Shown: positions 1-7,485, numbered from the stretch's first letter. The stretch is DNA of 32,000 nucleotides from Vibrio vulnificus CMCP6 (GCF_000039765.1 NC_004460.2:1812831-1844830), one strand, 5' to 3'. The notes: a model not told the origin generated them from the letters alone. A program made the numbers and translations.

Positions 1-408
1 GTGGGGTATAACCGATCCATCAAAAATGCGTGGCTGATCCTCAAAGCGTGGGCAAATAGTGAAGGGCGCTCATTTGAGGTGCAATTTGGCTTGCACCATT
101 CCAATCCAGCGTGGGTTGAGTTGGATAAGTGCCGTTATGTGGCGTGTATCGCGATAGATAAGCCTTTGAAATATCGGGGAGTGGTGAATCAAATGGTGAT
201 TCCAGGTGGTTTGCACGCGGTGTTTCGTCTGCATGGGGTGTATGGTGAATTGCTACCTCAAATTAGCATGGTACTGGAAAAATGGCTGCCAGCCTCCGGT
301 TTCAAACTGCGCTCAACGCCCGCTTATGTACACTATCACAGCAATCATTTTGTCAATGAAAGTGAAGCGTTCGAGCTGGACTTTTATCTGCCTATCAGTT
401 TTTTCTGA
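1..408 (+). CDS. 3' part of a gene encoding a GyrI-like (AraC-effector-binding type) small-molecule-binding domain. The 5' end lies outside the window.
   Basis: The reading frame is open from base 1 and stops at 406-408. The translated sequence (VQFGLHHSNPAWV...RYVACIAIDKP...IPGGLHAVFRLHGVYGEL...FELDFYLPI) resembles the GyrI-like beta-alpha-beta-beta fold found at the C-termini of AraC/MerR-type regulators. The family call is by eye only. Confidence 0.55.
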   Translation: MGYNRSIKNAWLILKAWANSEGRSFEVQFGLHHSNPAWVELDKCRYVACIAIDKPLKYRGVVNQMVIPGGLHAVFRLHGVYGELLPQISMVLEKWLPASGFKLRSTPAYVHYHSNHFVNESEAFELDFYLPISFF

Positions 409-430
409 GGCGCTTTTCTGAGGACTGGTT

Positions 431-453
431 CGCCGCGTGTTGTCCACGCGGCG
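431..453. terminator. GC-rich hairpin between convergent genes; probable terminator
   Basis: CGCCGCGTG-ttgtc-CACGCGGCG forms a perfect 9-bp stem between the stop at 408 (+) and the stop at 482 (-). It is followed by only a partial T-run (ctcgtttatt). Confidence 0.5.
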
Positions 454-481
454 CTCGTTTATTGTGCCGTGATTTTAATCG

Positions 482-1297
482 CTATGGACGCTCACCTGCC
501 GCTAGGCGACGTTCGATATCTGCAACCACTTCAGGGAAGTCAGCAATGGTGTCGATAAGGTAGTGCGGCGAGCTCTTGAGCAATTTTGCGCGTGCTTTTT
601 CACGAGCTTTCTCTAAGGTTGCTTCGTCTGCGGCTTGGTATTCTTCAAATGTCAGACCCGCTTCGTTACCAGAAAGCAGCAGACCCACCGTCCACATGCC
701 CGCATTGTGACCTTCAAAGATGCCTGGTGCTGAATCGTCCACTTTGACGCATGCTTTAACGTCGCTTACACCAAGCTCAATCACGTTTTTCAGTGCCATA
801 AACGGCGCAGGGCGACCGCCTTGTGGCAGATCGTCTGTCGCGACAACATAATCTGGTTGGTAGCCGTAATCCGCTGCCACTGGAATCAGTACGTCCATCA
901 CTTCACGAGGGTAACCAGAACAAGAACCGATCTTGATGCCTTTATCTTTTAGACCGTTCACAACTTCAATCGCATTGAGAATTGGCTCTGCGTGGTCAGC
1001 CACTTTTGCTTTTTGCAAAGGCATAAATGCTGCGTAGATAGCATCGATGTCTTCGCTGATCATTGAGCGACCAAACTTCTCATTCCAACGCTTATCAACA
1101 GCAGGAATACGACCCACAGCTTGGATGTGATCCCACTTACCAAGCCCCATTGGTTCGCGCGCTTCTTCAAGGTCGATTTCGAAATCAAAGCCTTGTTTGA
1201 ACGCTTCCACAAAGATGCTGGTTGGCGCAAAAGAGCCAAAATCGACGATAGTGCCAGCCCAGTCAAAGATCACTGCTTGAATTGGTGATTTGTTCAT
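482..1297 (-). CDS. phnX: Phosphonoacetaldehyde hydrolase (phosphonatase), HAD superfamily
   Basis: The N-terminus [22 protein letters not shown] carries the HAD motif I of phosphonatase (DxAGT). The gene is the last in a phnW-X-phnX arrangement. I placed the start at ATG 1297, which has AAGGA 7 nt upstream, rather than at the longer ORF-track start at 1339. Confidence 0.9.
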   Translation of the reverse strand: MNKSPIQAVIFDWAGTIVDFGSFAPTSIFVEAFKQGFDFEIDLEEAREPMGLGKWDHIQAVGRIPAVDKRWNEKFGRSMISEDIDAIYAAFMPLQKAKVADHAEPILNAIEVVNGLKDKGIKIGSCSGYPREVMDVLIPVAADYGYQPDYVVATDDLPQGGRPAPFMALKNVIELGVSDVKACVKVDDSAPGIFEGHNAGMWTVGLLLSGNEAGLTFEEYQAADEATLEKAREKARAKLLKSSPHYLIDTIADFPEVVADIERRLAAGERP

Positions 1298-1386
1298 GTT
1301 CAATCCTTTTTCTTGCTTGCCAGAGCGCTGCCTACACATTGGAACCGCGCTCAGGATAAATTGGTTTTTGTTGAGGTCTATTGACC

Positions 1387-2766
1387 CTAAAAGTAGTTAA
1401 AGTCTTTGCACACTTTGGCGATCGCTTCTTCGAAGATCGCCAACGCTTCTGTCAGTTGTTCGCGAGTGATGATCAGCGGTGGGCTGAGTTGAATCACATT
1501 GCCTTGTGATACCTTGAAGCTCACGCCATTGTTGAGGCATTGGTACAACACAGCTTCCGCTTCGTCATACGCGCGTGCTTTGCTTTCGTGGTCAGTGACC
1601 AACTCAATGCCCCATAACATGCCGATGCCACGCACATCACCAATTACTGGGTATTTGGCTTTCATCTCTAGCAGCTTTTCACGCATGAACTGGCTGTCGA
1701 CTTTGACTTTATCTAGCAAGCCCTCTTGCTCAATGGCTTCCATGGTTGCCAGCGCGGCAGCACAACCGATAGGGCTTTTCTCATGAGTGTAATGACCCAT
1801 TGAGATTTGCTCGGCGGTGTTGTATTTGTCTTTGGTTACCATGGCTGCGATAGGCACTAAGCCTCCGCCCAAGCCTTTACCGATGCAGAGCATATCTGGC
1901 TCGATATCGTAGGCTTGGTAGGTAAACCATTCTCCGCTGCGACCCATGCCATTCGGGATGTCGTCGATGATCAACATGACATTGTGTTTGTCACAGATTT
2001 CTCGAATGCGTTTCCAGTAGGCTTTGCTCGGCACTTGTACGTCGGTATTACGAACTGCTTCTGCGATAAACGCGCCCACGCCGCCTTCTTTCTCAATCAC
2101 GTATTCGAGGTAATCGGCGTAATGTACGTCGCTGCCGTCCGCGACTGGGAAAGCACCACGGTAAGATACGGCTGGTGGGATGCGCTCAACACCTGCCATT
2201 AATGGTCCCATACCTTGGCGGAAACACGCTTCGCCGCCCACTGAGATGGCATCCAACGATGCGCCGTGGAAGGAATCCCACAGAGACACCACCTTGTAGT
2301 TGCCCGTGATGTGGCGCGCTAGTTTAAGTGCCATGCCAACCGCAGATGTGCCACCCGGAGCAAACAGCACGCGATTCAATTCGCCGCCACAGATTTGGGT
2401 GAGTTTTTCGGCACATTCAATCGCAGTTTCATTGGTAAAACGACGTGGTGAAAACGGCAGTTTGGCAATTTGCTCTTGCACACGGTTAATCACATGCGGA
2501 TGACCATAGCCTAGCTGATGGACGTTATTGCCATGAAAGTCCATGTACTTTTTGCCGGTGGCATCTTGGATGTAGATGCCTTCCGCTGCTTCCAAGGTAT
2601 CTAAGCAAGGCGTCGACATGGCTTGATGAAGAAAGACCTCCGAATCACGCTTCAATAATGCTTGCGTGCTTTCGTCGTCCATCGAGGCATTCCAAGCTTG
2701 GCGCGCCGGTGTCGTGTTGACATCGCCTTCACTACGAAAATGGGTCGGTTTGATGTTCTGAGTCAT
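1387..2766 (-). CDS. pbfA: Class-III aminotransferase-fold PLP enzyme located between phnW and phnX. Candidate PbfA-type (R)-1-hydroxy-2-aminoethylphosphonate ammonia-lyase.
   Basis: The 459-aa protein has class-III aminotransferase hallmarks: [14 protein letters not shown] (the DE-x-x-x-G-x-GR-x-G region) and the PLP-lysine context CIGKGLGGG. It sits 26 nt downstream of phnW and 89 nt upstream of phnX on the same strand. The functional assignment rests on gene context plus published PbfA knowledge, not on an alignment. Confidence 0.6.
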   Translation of the reverse strand: MTQNIKPTHFRSEGDVNTTPARQAWNASMDDESTQALLKRDSEVFLHQAMSTPCLDTLEAAEGIYIQDATGKKYMDFHGNNVHQLGYGHPHVINRVQEQIAKLPFSPRRFTNETAIECAEKLTQICGGELNRVLFAPGGTSAVGMALKLARHITGNYKVVSLWDSFHGASLDAISVGGEACFRQGMGPLMAGVERIPPAVSYRGAFPVADGSDVHYADYLEYVIEKEGGVGAFIAEAVRNTDVQVPSKAYWKRIREICDKHNVMLIIDDIPNGMGRSGEWFTYQAYDIEPDMLCIGKGLGGGLVPIAAMVTKDKYNTAEQISMGHYTHEKSPIGCAAALATMEAIEQEGLLDKVKVDSQFMREKLLEMKAKYPVIGDVRGIGMLWGIELVTDHESKARAYDEAEAVLYQCLNNGVSFKVSQGNVIQLSPPLIITREQLTEALAIFEEAIAKVCKDFNYF

Positions 2767-2792
2767 AGCGCTCTCTCAATCAGAAGGCTGCT

Positions 2793-3896
2793 TTAAGCAA
2801 CTTGCCAGTACATTGCTTTTTCAATCGCACCGATTAAGCGCTCGATATCTGCTGGGTAAACTTCACCAATGTTGCCGATACGGAAGCAATCTGCGTTCGA
2901 TACTTTACCCGGATAAATTACAAAACCTTGCTCTTTCAAACGCGTGTAGAACGCTTTGAATTGGTAATCACTGTGTGTTGGAGAGTAGAAAGAAGTGATG
3001 ATTGGCGAGTGAAGCTCATCATTCAGTAGCGGTTCGAAACCCAAAGAGCGCATACCTGCAACCAGTGTTTTCTGGTTAGTTTGGTAACGGTTGTGACGAG
3101 CTTCAATGCCGCCTTCTTGTTCGAGTTCTAACAATGCTTGGTAGAAAGCGCGAACCGTGTGCGTAGGAGACGTAAAACGCCATTTGCCGTGGTTCACTTC
3201 CATGCAGTGCCACTGGTCGTAAAGATCAAGGCTCAAAGAACGTGCCTGACCTTGGCACTTTTCGAGTTCCGTTTGCTTCGCAATCACAAAGCCAAAGCCC
3301 GGCACGCCTTGAATACATTTGTTTGCAGAGCTGATCATAAAATCGATGCCCAATTCTGCGATATCGATAGGAATGCCACCAAAGCTCGACATGGCATCGA
3401 GAATCACCACTTTACCGTGCGCTTTAGCGACAGAAGCAAAGGCCTCAATTGGATTAAGCATGCCAGTGGTTGTCTCACAGTGAACAATTGCCACGTGCGT
3501 GATAGCAGGATCCGATGCCAATGCAGTTTCCACCTCGTTCAAGTGTGGCTGTGATGTTTCGCCTGGGGAAACAACATGGCATGGAATATTTAAGTAATCA
3601 GCGATCTGAGCGATACGCGCACCGTAAGCACCGTTGTCGACTACCAACAACTTTCCCTCTTTGGCAATTGCGCTGCCAATCGTTGCTTCTACTGATGCGG
3701 TGCCGCTACCTTGCATGAGTACGCTGGTGTAGCCGTCTTGTTGAGTGGCTAACTTCACTAGCTTAGTGCGGATCACTTCTACGATGTCTTTGTTGTATTC
3801 ATCATCCCAAGTACACCAGTCTTTCAGCATGGCTTCGCGTACGGTTTCAGAAGTAGATAGAGGACCTGGAGTCAGTAGTAGGTATTCGTTTTTCAT
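2793..3896 (-). CDS. phnW: 2-aminoethylphosphonate:pyruvate aminotransferase (class-V aminotransferase)
   Basis: The protein shows [16 protein letters not shown], a PLP-lysine motif SSANKCIQG, and the length and architecture of PhnW. It lies upstream of phnX. The start is ambiguous between ATG 3896 and ATG 3908 (MEIEMKN...). Confidence 0.9.
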   Translation of the reverse strand: MKNEYLLLTPGPLSTSETVREAMLKDWCTWDDEYNKDIVEVIRTKLVKLATQQDGYTSVLMQGSGTASVEATIGSAIAKEGKLLVVDNGAYGARIAQIADYLNIPCHVVSPGETSQPHLNEVETALASDPAITHVAIVHCETTTGMLNPIEAFASVAKAHGKVVILDAMSSFGGIPIDIAELGIDFMISSANKCIQGVPGFGFVIAKQTELEKCQGQARSLSLDLYDQWHCMEVNHGKWRFTSPTHTVRAFYQALLELEQEGGIEARHNRYQTNQKTLVAGMRSLGFEPLLNDELHSPIITSFYSPTHSDYQFKAFYTRLKEQGFVIYPGKVSNADCFRIGNIGEVYPADIERLIGAIEKAMYWQVA

Positions 3897-3922
3897 CTCG
3901 ATTTCCATCAGAATAATTTAAT

Positions 3923-3934
3923 TGGTCTACACCA
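3923..3934. promoter_or_regulatory. HutC/GntR-type operator candidate TGGTCTACACCA (putative PhnR box) just upstream of phnW
   Basis: This is a TGGT-N4-ACCA dyad 15-27 nt upstream of the phnW start. The same dyad type recurs at 4121 and 6344. It resembles HutC-subfamily operators with a GGTCTAGACC-like core. Confidence 0.45.
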
Positions 3935-4062
3935 GAAATTGAGTTCACTCTAACAAGGATGAAAAAGGGTCGTAAATAGCCATTCAGTGAATTTCATAAA
4001 ACTTTAATATCCAAAATTTCACCGATCAGTTGGTCGCCTATTTATCGATAATTTTCTCAAAA

Positions 4063-4091
4063 CTGCCATTTAATGGTCATGATTTCGTCAC
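4063..4091 (+). promoter_or_regulatory. Pho-box-like element: three heptamers phased at 11 bp (CTGCCAT ttaa TGGTCAT gatt TCGTCAC)
   Basis: It compares with the E. coli PhoB box consensus CTGTCAT-A(A/T)A(T/A)-CTGTCA(C/T). The GTCA/CCAT cores recur every 11 bp with A/T-rich 4-nt spacers. It lies 74-102 nt upstream of the phnS start. Confidence 0.4.
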
Positions 4092-4120
4092 AAAGGCTCA
4101 GTAGGGTGGTTATCGTCAAC

Positions 4121-4132
4121 TGGTACAGACCA
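4121..4132. promoter_or_regulatory. HutC/GntR-type operator candidate TGGTACAGACCA (putative PhnR box) upstream of phnS
   Basis: This is a TGGT-N4-ACCA dyad 33 nt upstream of the phnS ATG and 29 nt downstream of the Pho-box-like element. Confidence 0.45.
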
Positions 4133-4164
4133 AAATGAAAACTTAGCCAAATTAACTGGAGAAA

Positions 4165-5175
4165 ATGATGAAAAACCGTTTGATGAAAGGATCGCTGGCT
4201 GCGCTTGTCTCTCTGCTTGCTACCAATGCAATGGCTGCACAGGAAGTGACGGTTTACACCGCTTTCGAAACTGACATTCTTGCTAAATACAAGTCTGCGT
4301 TTGAGAAAGACAACCCAGATATCAAGATTAAGTGGGTTCGTGATTCAACAGGTATCATGACGGCGAAATTGCTGGCAGAAAAGAACAACCCTCAAGCGGA
4401 AGTGGTTTGGGGTCTTGCTGGCTCGTCAATGGCACTGCTTAAAGATGAAGGTCTTCTTAAGCCTTACACACCAAAAGGTTTGGAAGAGCTGCACGCGAAC
4501 CTAAACGACCCCCAATCAAACCAAGCTTGGTTTGGTAACGATGCGTTCTTTAACGCAGTTTGTTTCAACGAAGCGGTAGCGAAACAACTTAACCTACCGA
4601 AACCAACGTCTTGGGAAGACCTAACGAAGCCAGTTTACAAAGGTCACATTGCAATGCCTAACCCAGCTTCTTCAGGCACGGGTTACATGCAGGTGTCTGC
4701 TTGGCTACAAAACATGGGTGAAGATCAGGCATGGAACTACATGCGTGACCTAGACAAAAACATTGCACACTACACGCACTCGGGTTCTAAGCCATGTGTT
4801 CAAGCGGGTATGGGTGAAGTGGCTATCGGTATTTCGATGGCGAGCCGCGGCGCGAAGCTGAAAACACAAGGTGCACCACTTGCGGTTATCACACCTAAAG
4901 GCATTGGCTGGGAATCAGAAGCGGTTGGCCTAGTGAAAGAGTCGGATGCAGCGAAGCGCGTTGTCGACTGGTCAATCTCGAAAGCGGCGAACGAGCTTTA
5001 CGTGGAAATGTACCCAGTGGTGGGGCACAAAGATGTGAAAGCGACCGTGTCTAACTTCCCGAACGTTCAAGAAAATATGGCGAAGATGGACTTCGCGCAA
5101 ATGGGTAGCAAGCGTGCAGAAATTCTAGCGGCATGGTCTGAGAAGTTTGACGCGAAATCAGAGCCAAAGTCTTAA
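4165..5175 (+). CDS. phnS: 2-aminoethylphosphonate ABC transporter, periplasmic substrate-binding protein
   Basis: The protein has a signal peptide MMKNRLMKGSLAALVSLLATNAMA/AQE. At 336 aa it matches the Fe3+/AEP-type periplasmic binding-protein class. It is adjacent to the ABC ATPase, the permease and phnR. A TGGAG Shine-Dalgarno sequence precedes the tandem ATG ATG (4165/4168). Confidence 0.85.
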   Translation: MMKNRLMKGSLAALVSLLATNAMAAQEVTVYTAFETDILAKYKSAFEKDNPDIKIKWVRDSTGIMTAKLLAEKNNPQAEVVWGLAGSSMALLKDEGLLKPYTPKGLEELHANLNDPQSNQAWFGNDAFFNAVCFNEAVAKQLNLPKPTSWEDLTKPVYKGHIAMPNPASSGTGYMQVSAWLQNMGEDQAWNYMRDLDKNIAHYTHSGSKPCVQAGMGEVAIGISMASRGAKLKTQGAPLAVITPKGIGWESEAVGLVKESDAAKRVVDWSISKAANELYVEMYPVVGHKDVKATVSNFPNVQENMAKMDFAQMGSKRAEILAAWSEKFDAKSEPKS

Positions 5176-5201
5176 TTGAATTTGCTTTGAGTTGAATGCT
5201 G

Positions 5202-5231
5202 AAATCCACCTCGGTTGAGGTGGATTTTTTT
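5202..5231 (+). terminator. Rho-independent terminator of phnS
   Basis: AAATCCACCTC-ggtt-GAGGTGGATTT is followed by a T7 run. It starts 27 nt after the phnS stop. Confidence 0.85.
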
Positions 5232-6218
5232 GTCTGCGGCGCCAAGGCGAGGCTGTTTTTTTATCGTGTCGACGCTTTAGGTTCGATGCCATTCGTTTTA
5301 CGGGGGCTCGCGGCGGAATGGATTCCGGATAGCTCGCTCAGGCTCGTCCGGAATGACGTGCTTTTTGATTATGGAAGTGTCGTGCTTTAAGTGTCATTCC
5401 CGATAGTGACGAAGGAGCGTGATCGGGAAACCATGGTATTTGCTTGGTGTTGGGGTGAATTTTCATCTCGATAGAAATGGATTTTTTTGTCTTCGGCACC
5501 AAGGCGAGGCTGTTTTTATCGTGTCGACGCTTTAGGCTCGATGCCATTCGTTTTACGGGTGCTCGCGGCGGAATGGATTCCGGATAGCTCGCTCAGGCTC
5601 GTCCGGAATGACGTGCTTTTTGATTATGGAAGTGTCGCGCTTTAAGTGTCATTCCCGATAGTGACGAAGGAGCGTGGTCGGGAAACCATGGTATTTTCTG
5701 GCGCGAATGCGAAAGTTCACCACGATAGAAATGGATTGTTTGTTATAGGCACCAAGGCAAGGTTGTCTTTTATCGTTTCGACGCTTTAGGTTCGATGCCA
5801 TTCGTTTTGCGGGTGCTCGCGGCGGAATGGATTCCGGATAGCTCGCTCAGGCTCGTCCGGAATGACGAGTTCTTTGATAATGGAAGTGTCGCGCCTAAGT
5901 GTCATTCCCGATAGCGACGAAGGAGCGTGGTCGGGAAACCATGGCATTTGCTTGGTGTTGGGGCGAATTTTTCCCTCGATAGAAATAGATTTTTTTGTTT
6001 TCTGCGCCAAGGCGAGGCTGTTTTTTTATCGATTCGACGCTTTAGGTGCGATGTCATCCGTTTTACGAAGAACGCGGCGGAATGGATTCCAGATAGCTCG
6101 CTCAGGCTCGTCTGGAATGACGAGTTCTTTGATAATGGAAGTGTCGCGCCTAAGTGTCATTCCCGATAGCGACGAAGGAGCGTGATCGGGAAACCATGGT
6201 ATTTGCTTGGTGTTGGGG
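5221..6218. repeat. Tandem array of four copies of a ~255-bp structured non-coding unit: U1 5221-5477, U2 5478-5731, U3 5732-5985, U4 5986-6218 (truncated)
   Basis: The units align by eye. Each begins (T/A)GGATT(T/G)TTTGT...CCAAGGC(G/A)AGG. Each contains ATTCCGGA-N17-TCCGGAAT and TTCCCGAT-N17-(A/G)TCGGGAA hairpins. Each ends ...CGATAGAAA. The periods are 257, 254 and 254 bp. Confidence 0.95.
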
Positions 6219-6287
6219 CTTAAGTTGGCCATAGTATCTTTAACGATGAGTCTTGTTAGGTCGACGCGGTGATCTCACTTCATCTAT

Positions 6288-6327
6288 TTGTCATCTTCTG
6301 GCTATAAATTTGTCATTGGAACGTAAC
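6288..6327 (+). promoter_or_regulatory. Pho-box-like phased heptamers upstream of phnT (TTGTCAT cttc TGGCTAT aaat TTGTCAT tgga ACGTAAC)
   Basis: Two identical TTGTCAT heptamers (6/7 match to CTGTCAT) lie exactly 22 bp apart. Weaker heptamers sit on the intervening 11-bp phase. Confidence 0.35.
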
Positions 6328-6343
6328 ACTCTAAAACTAAATT

Positions 6344-6355
6344 TGGTATATACCA
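6344..6355. promoter_or_regulatory. Perfect palindrome TGGTATATACCA; HutC/GntR-type operator candidate (putative PhnR box) in front of phnT
   Basis: This is a perfect 12-bp dyad of the same TGGT-N4-ACCA type seen at 3923 and 4121. It ends 3 nt before the GGAG Shine-Dalgarno sequence of phnT. Confidence 0.5.
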
Positions 6356-6370
6356 TTTGGAGTGTGTGTT

Positions 6371-7477
6371 ATGTCAACTAACCAACCTTACCTAAATATT
6401 GAAAATGTTGTGAAGCAATTCGGTCAGTTCACGGCATTAAAGAATATCTCGCTGGCGATACAAAAAGGCGAATTCGTTTGTTTCTTGGGCCCTTCTGGCT
6501 GCGGTAAAACCACTTTATTACGAGCCATCGCTGGTTTAGACCTACCAACGTCTGGTGCGATTTTTCAAAACGGTCAAGAAACCACATTCCTACCACCAGA
6601 GAAGCGCGATTTTGGCATCGTATTCCAATCTTATGCGCTGTTTCCGAATCTAACTGTGCAAGAGAACATTGCGGTGGGTTTGAAGAACCAAGGCATGTCG
6701 ACCAAAGAAGCGTTAGAGACTGTGGAGATGTGGCTTGAGACCATTGGCCTGCCAACTTCTGGTGAGAAGTTCCCGAACCAGCTTTCCGGTGGGCAGCAGC
6801 AGCGTGTTGCTTTGGCCCGCGCGTTGGCGTTGTCTCCAGGTCTACTGTTACTCGATGAGCCTTTGTCGGCGCTGGATGCAAAAGTGCGCGTTCACTTGCG
6901 TAATGAAATTTGCAAGCTGCAACGCAAGCTCGGCATCACCACCATTATGGTTACACACGATCAGGACGAAGCCCTGTCGATGGCCGATCGCATCGTGGTG
7001 ATGAACCATGGGGTGATTGAGCAAGTCGGCACACCTCAAGAGATCTACCAACAACCAGCAACGCGCTTTGTCGCTGAGTTTGTCGGCAGCATGAACTTTA
7101 TTGAAACCTCCGTCGCAACGGATTCCCAAGTGCGCATTGCTGAGACCTTGATGCCAGCGCCAAGCCTGACCAATCGTAAGATCCAACGTGGCGACCGATT
7201 CGATCTGGCTGTGCGTCCTGAAAGCATCAAGTTCGTTGAAAACTACAACAACTCTTTACCGGTACGTGTTACCGCAACCGAGTTTCTGGGGGCGTTTTTC
7301 CGCATTGATTGTGTATTGCAAAACGACAGCGCAAGCCAAACCATCGTTGTGGATGTGCCTGTAGAAACAGTGCAGAAACTTACTATCAAGGCGGGCGATG
7401 TACGTTACATCCAGTTTGCGGAAGAAGGGTTACATGGTTACGCCGTGCCTTCGGTTGATAAAGCGCTAGCGGCGTAG
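6371..7477 (+). CDS. phnT: 2-aminoethylphosphonate ABC transporter, ATP-binding protein
   Basis: The protein carries Walker A GPSGCGKTT, the ABC signature LSGGQQQRV and Walker B LLLLDEP, plus a C-terminal regulatory/TOBE-like extension. I chose ATG 6371 as the start (GGAG 8 nt upstream) rather than GTG 6362. Confidence 0.9.
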   Translation: MSTNQPYLNIENVVKQFGQFTALKNISLAIQKGEFVCFLGPSGCGKTTLLRAIAGLDLPTSGAIFQNGQETTFLPPEKRDFGIVFQSYALFPNLTVQENIAVGLKNQGMSTKEALETVEMWLETIGLPTSGEKFPNQLSGGQQQRVALARALALSPGLLLLDEPLSALDAKVRVHLRNEICKLQRKLGITTIMVTHDQDEALSMADRIVVMNHGVIEQVGTPQEIYQQPATRFVAEFVGSMNFIETSVATDSQVRIAETLMPAPSLTNRKIQRGDRFDLAVRPESIKFVENYNNSLPVRVTATEFLGAFFRIDCVLQNDSASQTIVVDVPVETVQKLTIKAGDVRYIQFAEEGLHGYAVPSVDKALAA

Positions 7478-7485
7478 GTGTAAAC

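Noticed and set aside
482-1339. Longer N-terminal extensions offered by the ORF track for phnX (start 1339), the FAD oxidoreductase (11065), the kinase (13619), phnT (6362) and proX (30854)
   Set aside because: In each case an internal ATG has a much better Shine-Dalgarno sequence and spacing, and it yields the expected family N-terminus or signal peptide. The proX extension would also overlap the end of betA.
3935-4010. Search for a Pho-box-like heptamer array on the phnW (minus-strand) side of the divergent region
   Set aside because: No GTCA-core heptamers with 11-bp phasing are visible on that strand. I make no claim of Pho control for phnW-pbfA-phnX.
5277-5296. T-loop-like string GGTTCGATGCC inside each repeat unit, suggesting a tRNA-like element
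   Set aside because: The flanking bases form only 2 bp of the required 5-bp T-stem. No acceptor or anticodon arms can be drawn, and U2 has GGCTCGATGCC instead.
5221-6218. Possibility that the tandem array is a CRISPR array or an integron attC/VCR cluster
   Set aside because: - The units are about 255 bp and directly abut each other with no unique spacers.
- No cas, integrase or cassette ORFs are present.
- The sequence does not resemble the ~120-bp VCR consensus as I remember it.
5196-6232. ORF-track ORFs of 64-107 aa on both strands inside the repeat array, for example 5338-5547(-), 5786-6010(-), 6026-6232(-), 5862-6185(+) and 5927-6169(+). Some share the peptide PNTKQIPWFPDHAPSSLSGMTL.
   Set aside because: - They exist only because the same DNA is repeated.
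- A 1-nt indel between the U1/U2 and U3/U4 versions shifts the frame, so the C-terminal halves differ completely.
- Start codons differ between copies (ATG versus TTG) and lack good Shine-Dalgarno sequences.
- The paired substitutions in U4 make sense for a hairpin but would give a radical R-to-W change in the peptide.
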